From contig CAMOUY010000001.1 in NCBI GenBank assembly GCA_946626785.1, forward strand, positions 12,116 to 76,115: 64,000 bases of DNA, given 5' to 3'. The notes under the pieces were generated by a model. It had not been told where the DNA came from. It saw only the letters and a list, made by a program, of their open reading frames with translations, and searched no databases. Every line of letters starts with the position of its first letter. Positions within the stretch are counted from its first letter, which is position 1. This document shows, one piece after another, positions 38,975 through 47,530 of this stretch. A program made the translations under genes and the position numbers. Origin of the DNA: an uncultured Sphaerochaeta sp. Its GTDB lineage: Bacteria > Spirochaetota > Spirochaetia > Sphaerochaetales > Sphaerochaetaceae.

Positions 38975-39469
38975 ATGGTCAGCGAAGCAAAGAAGAAAGC
39001 TCAACTCAGATACGACAGAAAGAATACAAAGCAGATCATTCTCAAACTGAATACCAAGAGTGATGCTGACATAATAGGGAAACTCGAAGAAGTTGGAAAC
39101 AAGCAGGGCTACCTGAAGGATCTTGTCCGGTGTAACCTGAGAAATGATACAGGTGTCTTGTCTTTGGATTCAATCAGACTTCTTGTGTTGCCCGTCGCCA
39201 AAAGAAATTCATTGTCAAGCATTCACCTTTTCGGTTCATATGCAAGAAATGAAGCGCGACCGGAAAGCGATGTCGATCTTCTGATAGATGGTGGGAATTA
39301 CAAAGGACTGCTTGAATATATGGACTTGAAAGAGCAATTCGAGACCGCTTTGGGGAAGAAGGTGGATCTGGTCTCAAAGGTGTCCATTGATGAGAATAAT
39401 ACCGAATCTGGGCTTCTGTTCAAACAGAATGTAAGCAGGGAAGAGGAGCTGATTTATGAAAGAGAGTAG
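38975..39469 (+). CDS. MNT-type nucleotidyltransferase antitoxin (MntA-like) with N-terminal ribbon-helix-helix-like extension
   Basis: It has the minimal nucleotidyltransferase motif HLFGSYARNEARPESDVDLLID. The N-terminal ~55 aa (KKAQLRYDRKNTKQIILKLNTKSDADIIGKLEEV) look RHH-like. A GGAGA RBS precedes ATG 38975; the track start 38924 is less likely. Confidence 0.72.
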   Translation: MVSEAKKKAQLRYDRKNTKQIILKLNTKSDADIIGKLEEVGNKQGYLKDLVRCNLRNDTGVLSLDSIRLLVLPVAKRNSLSSIHLFGSYARNEARPESDVDLLIDGGNYKGLLEYMDLKEQFETALGKKVDLVSKVSIDENNTESGLLFKQNVSREEELIYERE

Positions 39470-39800
39470 AGATTATGGCATTCTTTTGAGAATGATTGAG
39501 CACTGCAAAAGAATAGTGGAGCTCAGAGAAAGGTTTGGAGACAACCTTGAATCTTTTTCTTCAGATTTGGCATATGAAGAAGCAGTGAATATGAATATCT
39601 TCCAGTTGGGAGAGCTCTCCAACCAACTATCCGAAGATTTCAAGAACTCTGTTCCAGATATTCCGTGGCATAGAATCTATGGAATAAGGAATATCATCGC
39701 ACATGCTTATGTTGTCGTTGACAAGAAGACAATTTGGGAAACGGCGAACAAGGATATCCCTGAATTGTGCGACAAATTAAAGGCTCTGCTTGAAAGCTGA
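39456..39800 (+). CDS. HepT-like (DUF86/HEPN) ribonuclease toxin
   Basis: It has the Rx4HxY HEPN motif (IRNIIAHAY), is 114 aa long and overlaps the upstream MNT gene by 14 nt. Confidence 0.8.
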   Translation: MKESRDYGILLRMIEHCKRIVELRERFGDNLESFSSDLAYEEAVNMNIFQLGELSNQLSEDFKNSVPDIPWHRIYGIRNIIAHAYVVVDKKTIWETANKDIPELCDKLKALLES

Positions 39801-39914
39801 CAGATTATTATTTGAAAAGTAATTGAAGGAGGCATACACCAACAAGTATGAGAGGAACATGAAACGGTGGTGATATTGGGTTTATGTAACCTGATACCAA
39901 GGATAACACACATC

Positions 39915-39986
39915 GGGACGTGGAATCAGTGACCACAACCGCCTGCAGGATCAACAGGCCGGTGTATAAGGGAGATGGTTGAAATG
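39915..39986 (+). repeat. 72-bp direct repeat, right copy
   Basis: Identical to 38849-38920. It ends exactly on the probable GNAT start codon ATG 39984-39986. Confidence 0.95.
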
Positions 39987-40505
39987 AAACTTATTGAACC
40001 AACAATTGAATACGACAGACAGATACAGGCATACAGGCAGGAGTTCCTTGAGGAAGGAGGCTCCATGGACGGTTGTGGATCACTGCGAAGAATGGATAGG
40101 TCCCAGGACTGGTTGGATCAGATCGAAGCCTTCAGAAGCGAGGAGACTGTTCCTGAGGGACGGGTGCCCAGCACCCAGTACATCTATGTCCGAGAAGAGG
40201 ACAACAAGATTGTGGGCATGATCCAGATCAGGCACCGCTTCAACGAGTATCTGGAGAAGTTCTCAGGCCACATCGGTTATTCCGTGGCTCCAAGTGAACG
40301 CCTCAAGGGCTACGCAACACAGATGCTTGGTCTTGTGTTGCCGAAGTGCAGGGAACTGGGACTGGACAAGATTCTTGTCTCCTGTATAAAGGGCAATGCC
40401 GGCAGCAAGGGTGCAATCCTGAACAATGGTGGCGTCTATGAATCCACTGTATATGAACCGGAAGAGGGGATATACTTAGAGCGATATTGGATCACTCTGA
40501 ATTAA
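39984..40505 (+). CDS. GNAT-family N-acetyltransferase (COG3981-like)
   Basis: MKLIEPTIEYDRQIQAYRQEF...IRHRFNEYLEKFSGHIGYSVAPSERLKGYATQML...NAGSKGAILNNGG...RYWI fits the family pattern. The GGGAG RBS is 9 nt before ATG 39984; the track start 39975 abuts the RBS. Confidence 0.8.
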   Translation: MKLIEPTIEYDRQIQAYRQEFLEEGGSMDGCGSLRRMDRSQDWLDQIEAFRSEETVPEGRVPSTQYIYVREEDNKIVGMIQIRHRFNEYLEKFSGHIGYSVAPSERLKGYATQMLGLVLPKCRELGLDKILVSCIKGNAGSKGAILNNGGVYESTVYEPEEGIYLERYWITLN

Positions 40506-40544
40506 TAAGCTATGGCTTTTAAAATCAATTAAGGGAGAGAAAGC

Positions 40545-40727
40545 ATGGAAGAAAGAAACAACGAAAGAAGTCAGACAATAGTCAAGAAGACGGTCAAGAC
40601 AGGCATCTCCTTCGGAAGCGCCTTGGCAATGGTGATAAGCTACACAGCCTGGCATTCCATCGGATGGGCAATCGTCCATGGAATCTTCAGCTGGTTCTAT
40701 GTGCTCTATTATATTATCCGCTACTGA
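40545..40727 (+). CDS. hypothetical small membrane protein (60 aa, two predicted TM helices)
   Basis: A GGGAGAG RBS lies upstream. The sequence is hydrophobic (GISFGSALAMVISYTAWHSIGWAIVHGIFSWFYVLYYII). Confidence 0.4.
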   Translation: MEERNNERSQTIVKKTVKTGISFGSALAMVISYTAWHSIGWAIVHGIFSWFYVLYYIIRY

Positions 40728-40730
40728 TTC

Positions 40731-41309
40731 TCAGTTTCCGAGTGGCGCTTCGCTGGTGTTCCTGTAGAACTTCAGCATGTTGCGACCGTATTTCCTCGTG
40801 TCTATCAACTTGAGGTCGCCGATCTGTTCAGGCCACTGGTCCTCCTCTGGGGCCGGGAAGTGGATTATGAATAGACCGTCAGGCTTCACGCATTTGCGCC
40901 TGTCCGTCAACTCTGCAAGCTGGATCTTGTTTCCCATCGGGAAAGGAGGGTCTGCGTAGACGATATCATATTGCATCTGGGCAGTTGGTATGAATTTCAG
41001 GACATTGGAATTGAAGATCTTGATGTCGCATTCGGCAAGGGCCCAGGAGATGTTCTTCTCCATGGTCGGGCGCTTCAGCTTGTCCATCTCGACCAGATGT
41101 ACCAGAGTTGCACCTCTGGATGCTGCTTCAAGGCCTACGCAGCCGCTGCCTGAGAACAGGTCGCAGAAGGAGGCTCCGTCAAGAGGTCCAAGGATCGAGA
41201 ACAGGGATTCGCGCATTCTGTCCATGGCTGGGCGTATCTCGAGCTCCCCCTTGGGGATGATGACACGTCTGCCACAGTACTTGCCGCCGGTGATTCGCAT
41301 AGTAAGCAT
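40731..41309 (-). CDS. rsmD: 16S rRNA (guanine966-N2)-methyltransferase RsmD
   Basis: It has MRITGGKYCGRRV..RP..DRMRESLFSIL, the SAM motif DLFSGSGCVGLEAASRGA and the catalytic ADPPFP motif. Confidence 0.85.
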   Translation of the reverse strand: MLTMRITGGKYCGRRVIIPKGELEIRPAMDRMRESLFSILGPLDGASFCDLFSGSGCVGLEAASRGATLVHLVEMDKLKRPTMEKNISWALAECDIKIFNSNVLKFIPTAQMQYDIVYADPPFPMGNKIQLAELTDRRKCVKPDGLFIIHFPAPEEDQWPEQIGDLKLIDTRKYGRNMLKFYRNTSEAPLGN

Positions 41310-41311
41310 GG

Positions 41312-42232
41312 TCAGCCTGCCAGGTAGTTGATGTTGATGTCGTTGAGCACAACGTCCAGAAGCCTTACTGCACGCTCTATCTGAAGCTGGTCCACATTCT
41401 GGCGCACAGATAGCTTGAGGTCGGAGGCAAGGCGCCTTGTGATCTTGGAGATCTTGTCCGATGTAAGCGGGAAGGTGATTGTGGACAGCAGGTTGTCGAA
41501 GTCCTGCGACATGTAGAAGCAGGCGTTCGGAAGGGTTATGCAGAGACTTGGTGTCATGATGTTGCCCTGGCTGATGCTGTACTGCAGACCCATGATCACG
41601 GACTCGGAAGGGTTGAGCATAGGGGAGTCCAGGACCTTGAAGACGAACTGGTTCTGGGAAGTCGTCATGTCGGTCGGGATTCTGATCTTTGTCAGCAGGG
41701 CGCTGTCGGCGAACAGGAAGTTTCCTCTTCTGTCATAGAGCTTGGAGATGGGCATCCATCTTGCTGTTGCGGACTTGGAGACCATCCTCACTTCAGCCTG
41801 CACATTCAGCGTGGCAAGGACACAGCTTAGGGTGAACCTCATGTCCGAGGTGCACAGAGAGCCTCCTATGGTTGCCTGGTTCCTGATGACGGAGCTTCCT
41901 ATCGAGTTGATTGCCTTGTAGAGCTCCTTCGAGAAGATGAAGCTTCCCATTGTCAGAAGCTGCTGGATCGTTACCATGGCACCCGCTTCCAGATAACGGT
42001 CTGCGTGGTAGATCCTGGAAAGGTCCTGGATGCCTGCAAGCGAGATTATGTCCCTCTGGTTCGTGTTCGGATAGAAGTTCGGGCGGCTCATGATATAGGT
42101 TCCGCCAGCCCAGAAGTGGGCGTCGGGGTTCTTGAGCTTGTTGGAAATTGCTTCGCTTATCGTCTTCGGAGTGAAGACTGTCGGGGATCTAAGACCTTCT
42201 GGCACGGCGTCTGCTCCTGTATTTGTATGCAA
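41312..42232 (-). CDS. xanthine dehydrogenase-family FAD-binding subunit (CoxM/XdhB-like)
   Basis: It has the WAGGTYIM motif (GGT of FAD_binding_5) and IRNQATIGGSLC. The start is uncertain because the ORF overlaps the upstream gene by 44 nt. Confidence 0.65.
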   Translation of the reverse strand: MHTNTGADAVPEGLRSPTVFTPKTISEAISNKLKNPDAHFWAGGTYIMSRPNFYPNTNQRDIISLAGIQDLSRIYHADRYLEAGAMVTIQQLLTMGSFIFSKELYKAINSIGSSVIRNQATIGGSLCTSDMRFTLSCVLATLNVQAEVRMVSKSATARWMPISKLYDRRGNFLFADSALLTKIRIPTDMTTSQNQFVFKVLDSPMLNPSESVIMGLQYSISQGNIMTPSLCITLPNACFYMSQDFDNLLSTITFPLTSDKISKITRRLASDLKLSVRQNVDQLQIERAVRLLDVVLNDININYLAG

Positions 42233-42761
42233 GGTTGATTATCTTCTCAAGGTCTGAGACCTCGATGCACTGGCAGCTGCTCATTGCCATCTCCCTGGCA
42301 ATCATCTCTGTGTCCATTGAACCGGAGCCGACTCTGTTTCTGGCCGCCTGCTCATTGGTTCCTGATTGGGCCTGGATGTTGAAGCCGCTGATTCTGCTCT
42401 GGTTCTCCTTGTCCATCTTGTTGAGGATGGATTCGATGATGACCGTCTTTGACGGATAGCACTGTGGGCAAGGCTGGTTCCCTACATCCACGTAGGCACG
42501 CTCGATGTCGTGGCAGAACCTTGTCTTCTGGAAACCCTCGAAGGTCAGGATGCTGGCACCGTTCAGCTTGAAAGCCGGAACCAGACAGCTCAGGGCTGCG
42601 TTTCCGTTGATCAGGACTATGCAGTTTCCGCAGGAGGCTCCAAGGCACTGTGAATTCTGTGCGAATGTCGGGATCTGCTCGTTGAGGATCTGGCTCAAAG
42701 GTTTGTCTGAGTTCACTACAAGGGAGTACTGTGAACCGTTTATGTTGCAGTTAAGTCTCAT
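42189..42761 (-). CDS. xanthine dehydrogenase-family [2Fe-2S] subunit (CoxS-like) with an insertion in the second cluster domain
   Basis: The first cluster motif is C-x4-C-x2-C-x11-C (CLGASCGNCIVLINGNAALSC). The second cluster has Cys pairs CPQC ... CQC separated by an unusually long linker. Confidence 0.65.
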   Translation of the reverse strand: MRLNCNINGSQYSLVVNSDKPLSQILNEQIPTFAQNSQCLGASCGNCIVLINGNAALSCLVPAFKLNGASILTFEGFQKTRFCHDIERAYVDVGNQPCPQCYPSKTVIIESILNKMDKENQSRISGFNIQAQSGTNEQAARNRVGSGSMDTEMIAREMAMSSCQCIEVSDLEKIINLAYKYRSRRRARRS

Positions 42762-44773
42762 TTCTCGCCTCCTGTGACGGAGAAGACCGACTCTCCGAAG
42801 GATGTGTTCTTCCTGGCGATGCCCAGGATGTCATCGCTTGTGACAGGGATCTTGTAGATCTGATGGCCAAGGGCCTGAGAGAGGGCGCCGATCAGGGCTG
42901 CCGTTGTCAGACCTCTGAGACCTGATGTCATGGACGATGCCGTGAAATCACCTTGCTGGTCGAAATCGATATACATGTTGCACTTCGCGGAGGATCTCGG
43001 GCAGATGTCCGAGAGAACCGTGGTGATTGTGTGTCTTGCCTTGTTGAGCAGCTTTTCCTTGTCGAAGACATGGCCGAGGTGGAAGTTCACCCAGATGTTA
43101 TCGATGATAGGGGAGAGCATGATTGTGTCTATGTGGAGGTCGATGACAACAGAACCCAGACTTGCGCTGAAGAAGAACGGGTCTGTAAGCTCCGCCTCAT
43201 ACTCGGAAGTGATTGTCAACGGCAGTCTTGAGAAGGCTCTCTTCCTCTCAAGCTCGGAACAGGCCCTCATCAGAAGCGATGACACGATGCCGACCTTCCT
43301 TGAAAGGACGCTCGGTCCGAGCTCCAGGATGGCAGGGTTGTTGATATCCATGAAGAAGATGTCCTCTGCAGGGATGTCTATGATCTTTCTGATGGTGTCC
43401 TTCCAGATTGCTGCCATTGATCTGTCTGCTATTATTCCTGTGTTCACGACCAGGGTCTCGTCCTCGTTCATGGTGACGGAGAGGGAGAACTTCTCGCTTG
43501 CGTTGATGTGCTGCGAGAATCCCATGATGCTTTCACCGGAGGCGATTCCGATTCCCCTTGAATAGTTCACAAGAGGGTTCATCTTGACGCTCTTCAGATG
43601 GGCCTGGGCGTTGGAGGAATACTTTCTTGAATACCAGGATTCGTCTATGACGGCCTTGATTGTAGGGCCGAGCTTGTTGAAGTCCGTGCTGGACCTGACG
43701 CTCTGAGATAGAGGGAAGCCCTTGGCAGGCACGTTGGAGACCCTGTTCAGTCTCCAGATTCCAGGCTGCATGCCAATCGAGATTGCAAGGCGTGAGAAGT
43801 GCTGCTCCGTTCCTGCAAGGGCCATGGAGAAGCCAAGGTCCCCGAAGAAGTTCGCAGGAGGGGTTGAGCTTCTTGTGATTGAGATGTTCACGTCTGCAGC
43901 CTTCATCGGATAGTTGGAGACAAGACCCGCCAGGATGCTGTGGCAGACTTCCTGGGAGAAGTAAGGGAAGGCTCCCAGATCAACGATGCAGTGAGCCCTG
44001 TCTGCAAGCAGGGTTCCGTCTGGAAGGAAGGCCGTCTCGTGGGTGATGTTCATCCTTGTCTGCCAGGAGACCATTGGGGAGCTGAACTGCACGAGCTCGC
44101 CCGACTGTATTGCCGCAAGGGCCGCTACGGTGGCGAGGATCGAAGGAAGCACTACCAGCTGGTCATAAGGTGCGTAGTATGGCTGTGGATGAATGACGAT
44201 GTCGCTGAGCTCGCAGCCCAAGTTCTGGGCAATCGTCTTTCTGAGATGTGTAGGCCACTGGGTTGCGACCCTTATGTTTATCCTACCGTCCTTCTGGACG
44301 GCGAAGACCTTCTGGTCTCCGAGCATCGTGTTGCTGAACGGGTCCACCTCGAAGGAGGACTTGAAGACCTTTGCCTTCTCGTTGAAATAATCGTCTGTGT
44401 TGCCGTAGGACCAGATGAAGGGAGCACCGTACTGCTTGCCGTCGTAGTCCTCGGAATCCTGTCTGATCTGGTAGGAGACCTTTACTTCCCTGCAGAAGAG
44501 CTCGACATCCTCGGCCTCATAGCCAAAGACTGCAAGCACGGGCTGCCCCTTGTAGGAGACCTCGTCCCTTGCAAAGAAGGGGAGCTCCTCGTCCATGATT
44601 CTGACGCATCCGTTTGCGCCGAAGTCTGCAGCGCTAAGAACCAGCATGTGACGGAACTGGTTCTCGCTAGGGAGGCTGATGTCGGCAATTTTGCCCCTGG
44701 AGACGGTCGATGTCACGAGGCGTCCGATCAGATGCTTTTTATTTAGGTCGAAAAGGTCGCTTTGTTCAGGCAT
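42758..44773 (-). CDS. xanthine dehydrogenase/aldehyde oxidase-family large-subunit homologue, apparently lacking canonical Moco/active-site motifs
   Basis: It has an a/b-hammerhead-like N-terminus (SRGKIADISLP...SYKGQPVLAVFGYEAEDVELFCREVKVSYQ) and a conserved AALAA segment. PYYAPYDQ stands where GGGFGGK is expected, and GLRGLT where GxGE is expected. 671 aa. Confidence 0.6.
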   Translation of the reverse strand: MPEQSDLFDLNKKHLIGRLVTSTVSRGKIADISLPSENQFRHMLVLSAADFGANGCVRIMDEELPFFARDEVSYKGQPVLAVFGYEAEDVELFCREVKVSYQIRQDSEDYDGKQYGAPFIWSYGNTDDYFNEKAKVFKSSFEVDPFSNTMLGDQKVFAVQKDGRINIRVATQWPTHLRKTIAQNLGCELSDIVIHPQPYYAPYDQLVVLPSILATVAALAAIQSGELVQFSSPMVSWQTRMNITHETAFLPDGTLLADRAHCIVDLGAFPYFSQEVCHSILAGLVSNYPMKAADVNISITRSSTPPANFFGDLGFSMALAGTEQHFSRLAISIGMQPGIWRLNRVSNVPAKGFPLSQSVRSSTDFNKLGPTIKAVIDESWYSRKYSSNAQAHLKSVKMNPLVNYSRGIGIASGESIMGFSQHINASEKFSLSVTMNEDETLVVNTGIIADRSMAAIWKDTIRKIIDIPAEDIFFMDINNPAILELGPSVLSRKVGIVSSLLMRACSELERKRAFSRLPLTITSEYEAELTDPFFFSASLGSVVIDLHIDTIMLSPIIDNIWVNFHLGHVFDKEKLLNKARHTITTVLSDICPRSSAKCNMYIDFDQQGDFTASSMTSGLRGLTTAALIGALSQALGHQIYKIPVTSDDILGIARKNTSFGESVFSVTGGEK

Positions 44774-44847
44774 GATTCTAGAATATCACCCATGGGTTTT
44801 TTCAACAATAGTGGAATTACAAGGAGATTTAATATAATATTTAGGCC

Positions 44848-47013
44848 ATGGAGAACTACAGAGACAACATCAAGGACTACATCAGCCGCGCCAGGGACCT
44901 CAGAGCCCTTTTGACTGAGTATCAGAGAGCATATTACGTGACAGGAAGACCCCTTGTCTCCGACCTGGAGTACGACCGCCTTTTTGATGAGCTCTCGCAC
45001 CTTGAGGCGGAGCATCCCGAGCTTCGTACGCCGGATTCCCCCACACAGAGGGTTGGAAGCGACCTTTCCTCCGATTTCCCGGAGATTGAGCATACAATTC
45101 CCGTCCTGAGTCTGGACAAGGCCTACAGCGACGAGGAGATCCTTTCCTGGATCACTAAGACAACCAAGAACACAGGAGAGAACCTCTCCTTCGTCCTGGA
45201 GGAGAAGCTTGACGGCTTCTCCATCGTCCTCTACTACGAGAGAGGCCTGTTGATTCGCGCCGTCACCAGAGGAAACGGCTTCGTGGGCAATGACGTAACT
45301 GCAAACGTGAAGACCATCAAGGCTGTGCCTCTGAGACTCACAGAGCCTGTGGACATTGCCGTCAGAGGTGAGGTCTTCCTCAGAAAGAGCGAATTCGAGA
45401 GGATAAACGCCACCTTGGTGGAACCATACGCAAATCCAAGAAACCTTGCAGCAGGAACAATCAGACGCAACAAGAGCAGCGAGACCGCTCAGGTCCCTCT
45501 CTCCATCTACGTGTATGAGGGTTTCTGGGCAGAGGATATCCCATACACAGACCACATCCAGATTCTGAGCAGACTCAGAACCCTGGGTTTCCCTGTGGAT
45601 CCGAACCTGTCCTATTTCTGCAAGAACGCAGACGAGGCCTCAAGAAGGCTGGAGCAGGCAGGTCTTCCAGGCAAAGCCGGAAGCTTCGATGATATTCCTC
45701 AGGCCATCGCTGACAGAACGGTAACCAGGGCGGACCTCCCTTATGAGATCGACGGTCTGGTGGTGAAGGTCAACGAACTCTCCACAAGAGAGGAGCTGGG
45801 ATACACCGGACATCATCCTCGTTGGGCAATCGCCTACAAGTTCGAGGCTCCTCAGGCGGAGACGCAGGTTCTGGACATCGACGTCCAGGTTGGAAGGACC
45901 GGAAGAATCACTCCTATGGCAAGAGTCCGCGAGACCCAGCTCTCCGGAAGCACGATCAGAAACATAACCCTGCACAACCAGGACTACATCGATGAACTGG
46001 AGCTTGCAATCGGCGATACAGTGGCCATCTCCAAGAGAGGCGACGTCATTCCAGCCGTGGAGCTTGTGCTTGAGAAAAACAGCAGCGGAAACACTACCTG
46101 GCAGATGCCGGACAGCTGTCCAGTATGCAAAACCGCCCTTGTGAAGCGTGGAGCCCACCATTTCTGCCCGAACTATGACTGTCCTGCACAGGCAAAGGGA
46201 AGGATATCCTTCTTCTGCGCAAAGGAACAGATGGACATCGAGGGTCTTGGACCGAAGACCGTGGAGACCCTTTATGAAAACGGCTTTGTGAAGAGCATCA
46301 GGGACCTCTACACCTTTGACTACAACCAGCTGACCGGCATAAAGGGCTTCGGCGGCAATGAGAGCAGGAAGGTGGATGGCATCAAGATGGCCATAGAGCA
46401 GAGCAGAAACACTCCTTTCCGCAATGTTCTGGTGTCCCTGGGCATATCTGAATTCGGAAAGAAGGCCGTTGATCTGGTCTGTGATGCAGGCTACGACAGC
46501 ATGGACAAACTCCTTGCCGTTGCCGATGCCAACGACATTGAAAGCCTGTCTTCTATCAACGGAATCGGCCCGATTACGGCTCAATTAATAGTCGATGGCC
46601 TAAAATCTGAGCATACTAGAAGATTAATAGAGGATTTGCGAACAGCAGGACTTCAAATGCAGGACAAAAAGCAGGAGGGGCCTGCTTATCAGCAGATTTT
46701 CGAGGGTCAGACCTGGTGTGTGACCGGCTCCTTCGTGAACTTCAACCCCAGAGGCAAGGCCATGGACGAGATAAAGAGGCGTGGAGGCGTGGAGGTATCC
46801 GGAGTCTCGAAGAAGACGTCCTGCCTTCTTGCCGGAAGTGGAGCTGGAAGCAAGCTGGACAAGGCAAGGGCCTTCGGTGTCAGGATTGTGGAAGAGGAGG
46901 AGTTCTTGCAGATGCTTGCCTCTTCAATGCCTGTGGGAGAGAGTTCCAAGGTCTCTGCGGAGGAGAAACCTGCTACAGAGAACAAAGTAGACGAGCAACT
47001 GGAGCTGTTCTGA
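44848..47013 (+). CDS. ligA: NAD-dependent DNA ligase
   Basis: It has the adenylation motif EEKLDGFS (KxDG), an OB domain, a Zn finger (CPVC...CPNYDC), HhH repeats and a BRCT domain. 721 aa. Confidence 0.96.
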   Translation: MENYRDNIKDYISRARDLRALLTEYQRAYYVTGRPLVSDLEYDRLFDELSHLEAEHPELRTPDSPTQRVGSDLSSDFPEIEHTIPVLSLDKAYSDEEILSWITKTTKNTGENLSFVLEEKLDGFSIVLYYERGLLIRAVTRGNGFVGNDVTANVKTIKAVPLRLTEPVDIAVRGEVFLRKSEFERINATLVEPYANPRNLAAGTIRRNKSSETAQVPLSIYVYEGFWAEDIPYTDHIQILSRLRTLGFPVDPNLSYFCKNADEASRRLEQAGLPGKAGSFDDIPQAIADRTVTRADLPYEIDGLVVKVNELSTREELGYTGHHPRWAIAYKFEAPQAETQVLDIDVQVGRTGRITPMARVRETQLSGSTIRNITLHNQDYIDELELAIGDTVAISKRGDVIPAVELVLEKNSSGNTTWQMPDSCPVCKTALVKRGAHHFCPNYDCPAQAKGRISFFCAKEQMDIEGLGPKTVETLYENGFVKSIRDLYTFDYNQLTGIKGFGGNESRKVDGIKMAIEQSRNTPFRNVLVSLGISEFGKKAVDLVCDAGYDSMDKLLAVADANDIESLSSINGIGPITAQLIVDGLKSEHTRRLIEDLRTAGLQMQDKKQEGPAYQQIFEGQTWCVTGSFVNFNPRGKAMDEIKRRGGVEVSGVSKKTSCLLAGSGAGSKLDKARAFGVRIVEEEEFLQMLASSMPVGESSKVSAEEKPATENKVDEQLELF

Positions 47014-47023
47014 GGAGGACATC

Positions 47024-47392
47024 ATGGATGCTATGAATCTCAAGGTCAAACTTTATCTGGAGAACGAGAACGACAAGTTCATGGGAATCGGGGTTCTTTG
47101 GCTTCTTCAAAAGGTCAAGGAATGCAGATCGCTGAGAGAGGCGGCTGCCGAGATGGGTATCTCCTATTCCAAGGCCTTCAGGATGGTGAAGAACCTTGAG
47201 TCGGCTCTTGGAGAGGATGTCCTTGAGAGAAGAAGGGGAGGTTCGGACAGAAGTGGAGCCTCCCTGACTCCCTTCGGCGAGGAGTTCATCATCCTGTATG
47301 ATGAGTTCCAGAAGAAGTGCAAGGGCCTTCTGAAGGAGCCTTTCTCCGAATTCTCCGACAAACTCAATGAACTTTTGTGCAAGAATCAATAG
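47024..47392 (+). CDS. ModE N-terminal-domain-like winged-HTH protein (no Mop/molybdate-binding domain)
   Basis: LLQKVKECRSLREAAAEMGISYSKAFRMVKNLESALGEDVLERRRGGSDRSGASLTPFGEEF matches the ModE/LysR-type HTH pattern. Only 122 aa. Confidence 0.6.
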   Translation: MDAMNLKVKLYLENENDKFMGIGVLWLLQKVKECRSLREAAAEMGISYSKAFRMVKNLESALGEDVLERRRGGSDRSGASLTPFGEEFIILYDEFQKKCKGLLKEPFSEFSDKLNELLCKNQ

Positions 47393-47495
47393 TTTTAAAA
47401 ATTTCGTGATTTATTTATCTCTTTTGTGTTTGTAGAATTATAAAATACAAGTGTTGGTTTTTACAATTTTTCATGGAAAAATTTCCAAAAACCTA

Positions 47496-47524
47496 TTGCC
47501 TAATCAACTAAAAAGTTTTATGTT
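47496..47524 (+). promoter_or_regulatory. sigma70-like promoter for the candidate sRNA
   Basis: TTGCCT (47496-47501), a 17-nt spacer, then TATGTT (47519-47524). The 14-bp palindrome TGGAAAAATTTCCA (47474-47487) lies just upstream. Confidence 0.35.
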
Positions 47525-47530
47525 CTCAAG

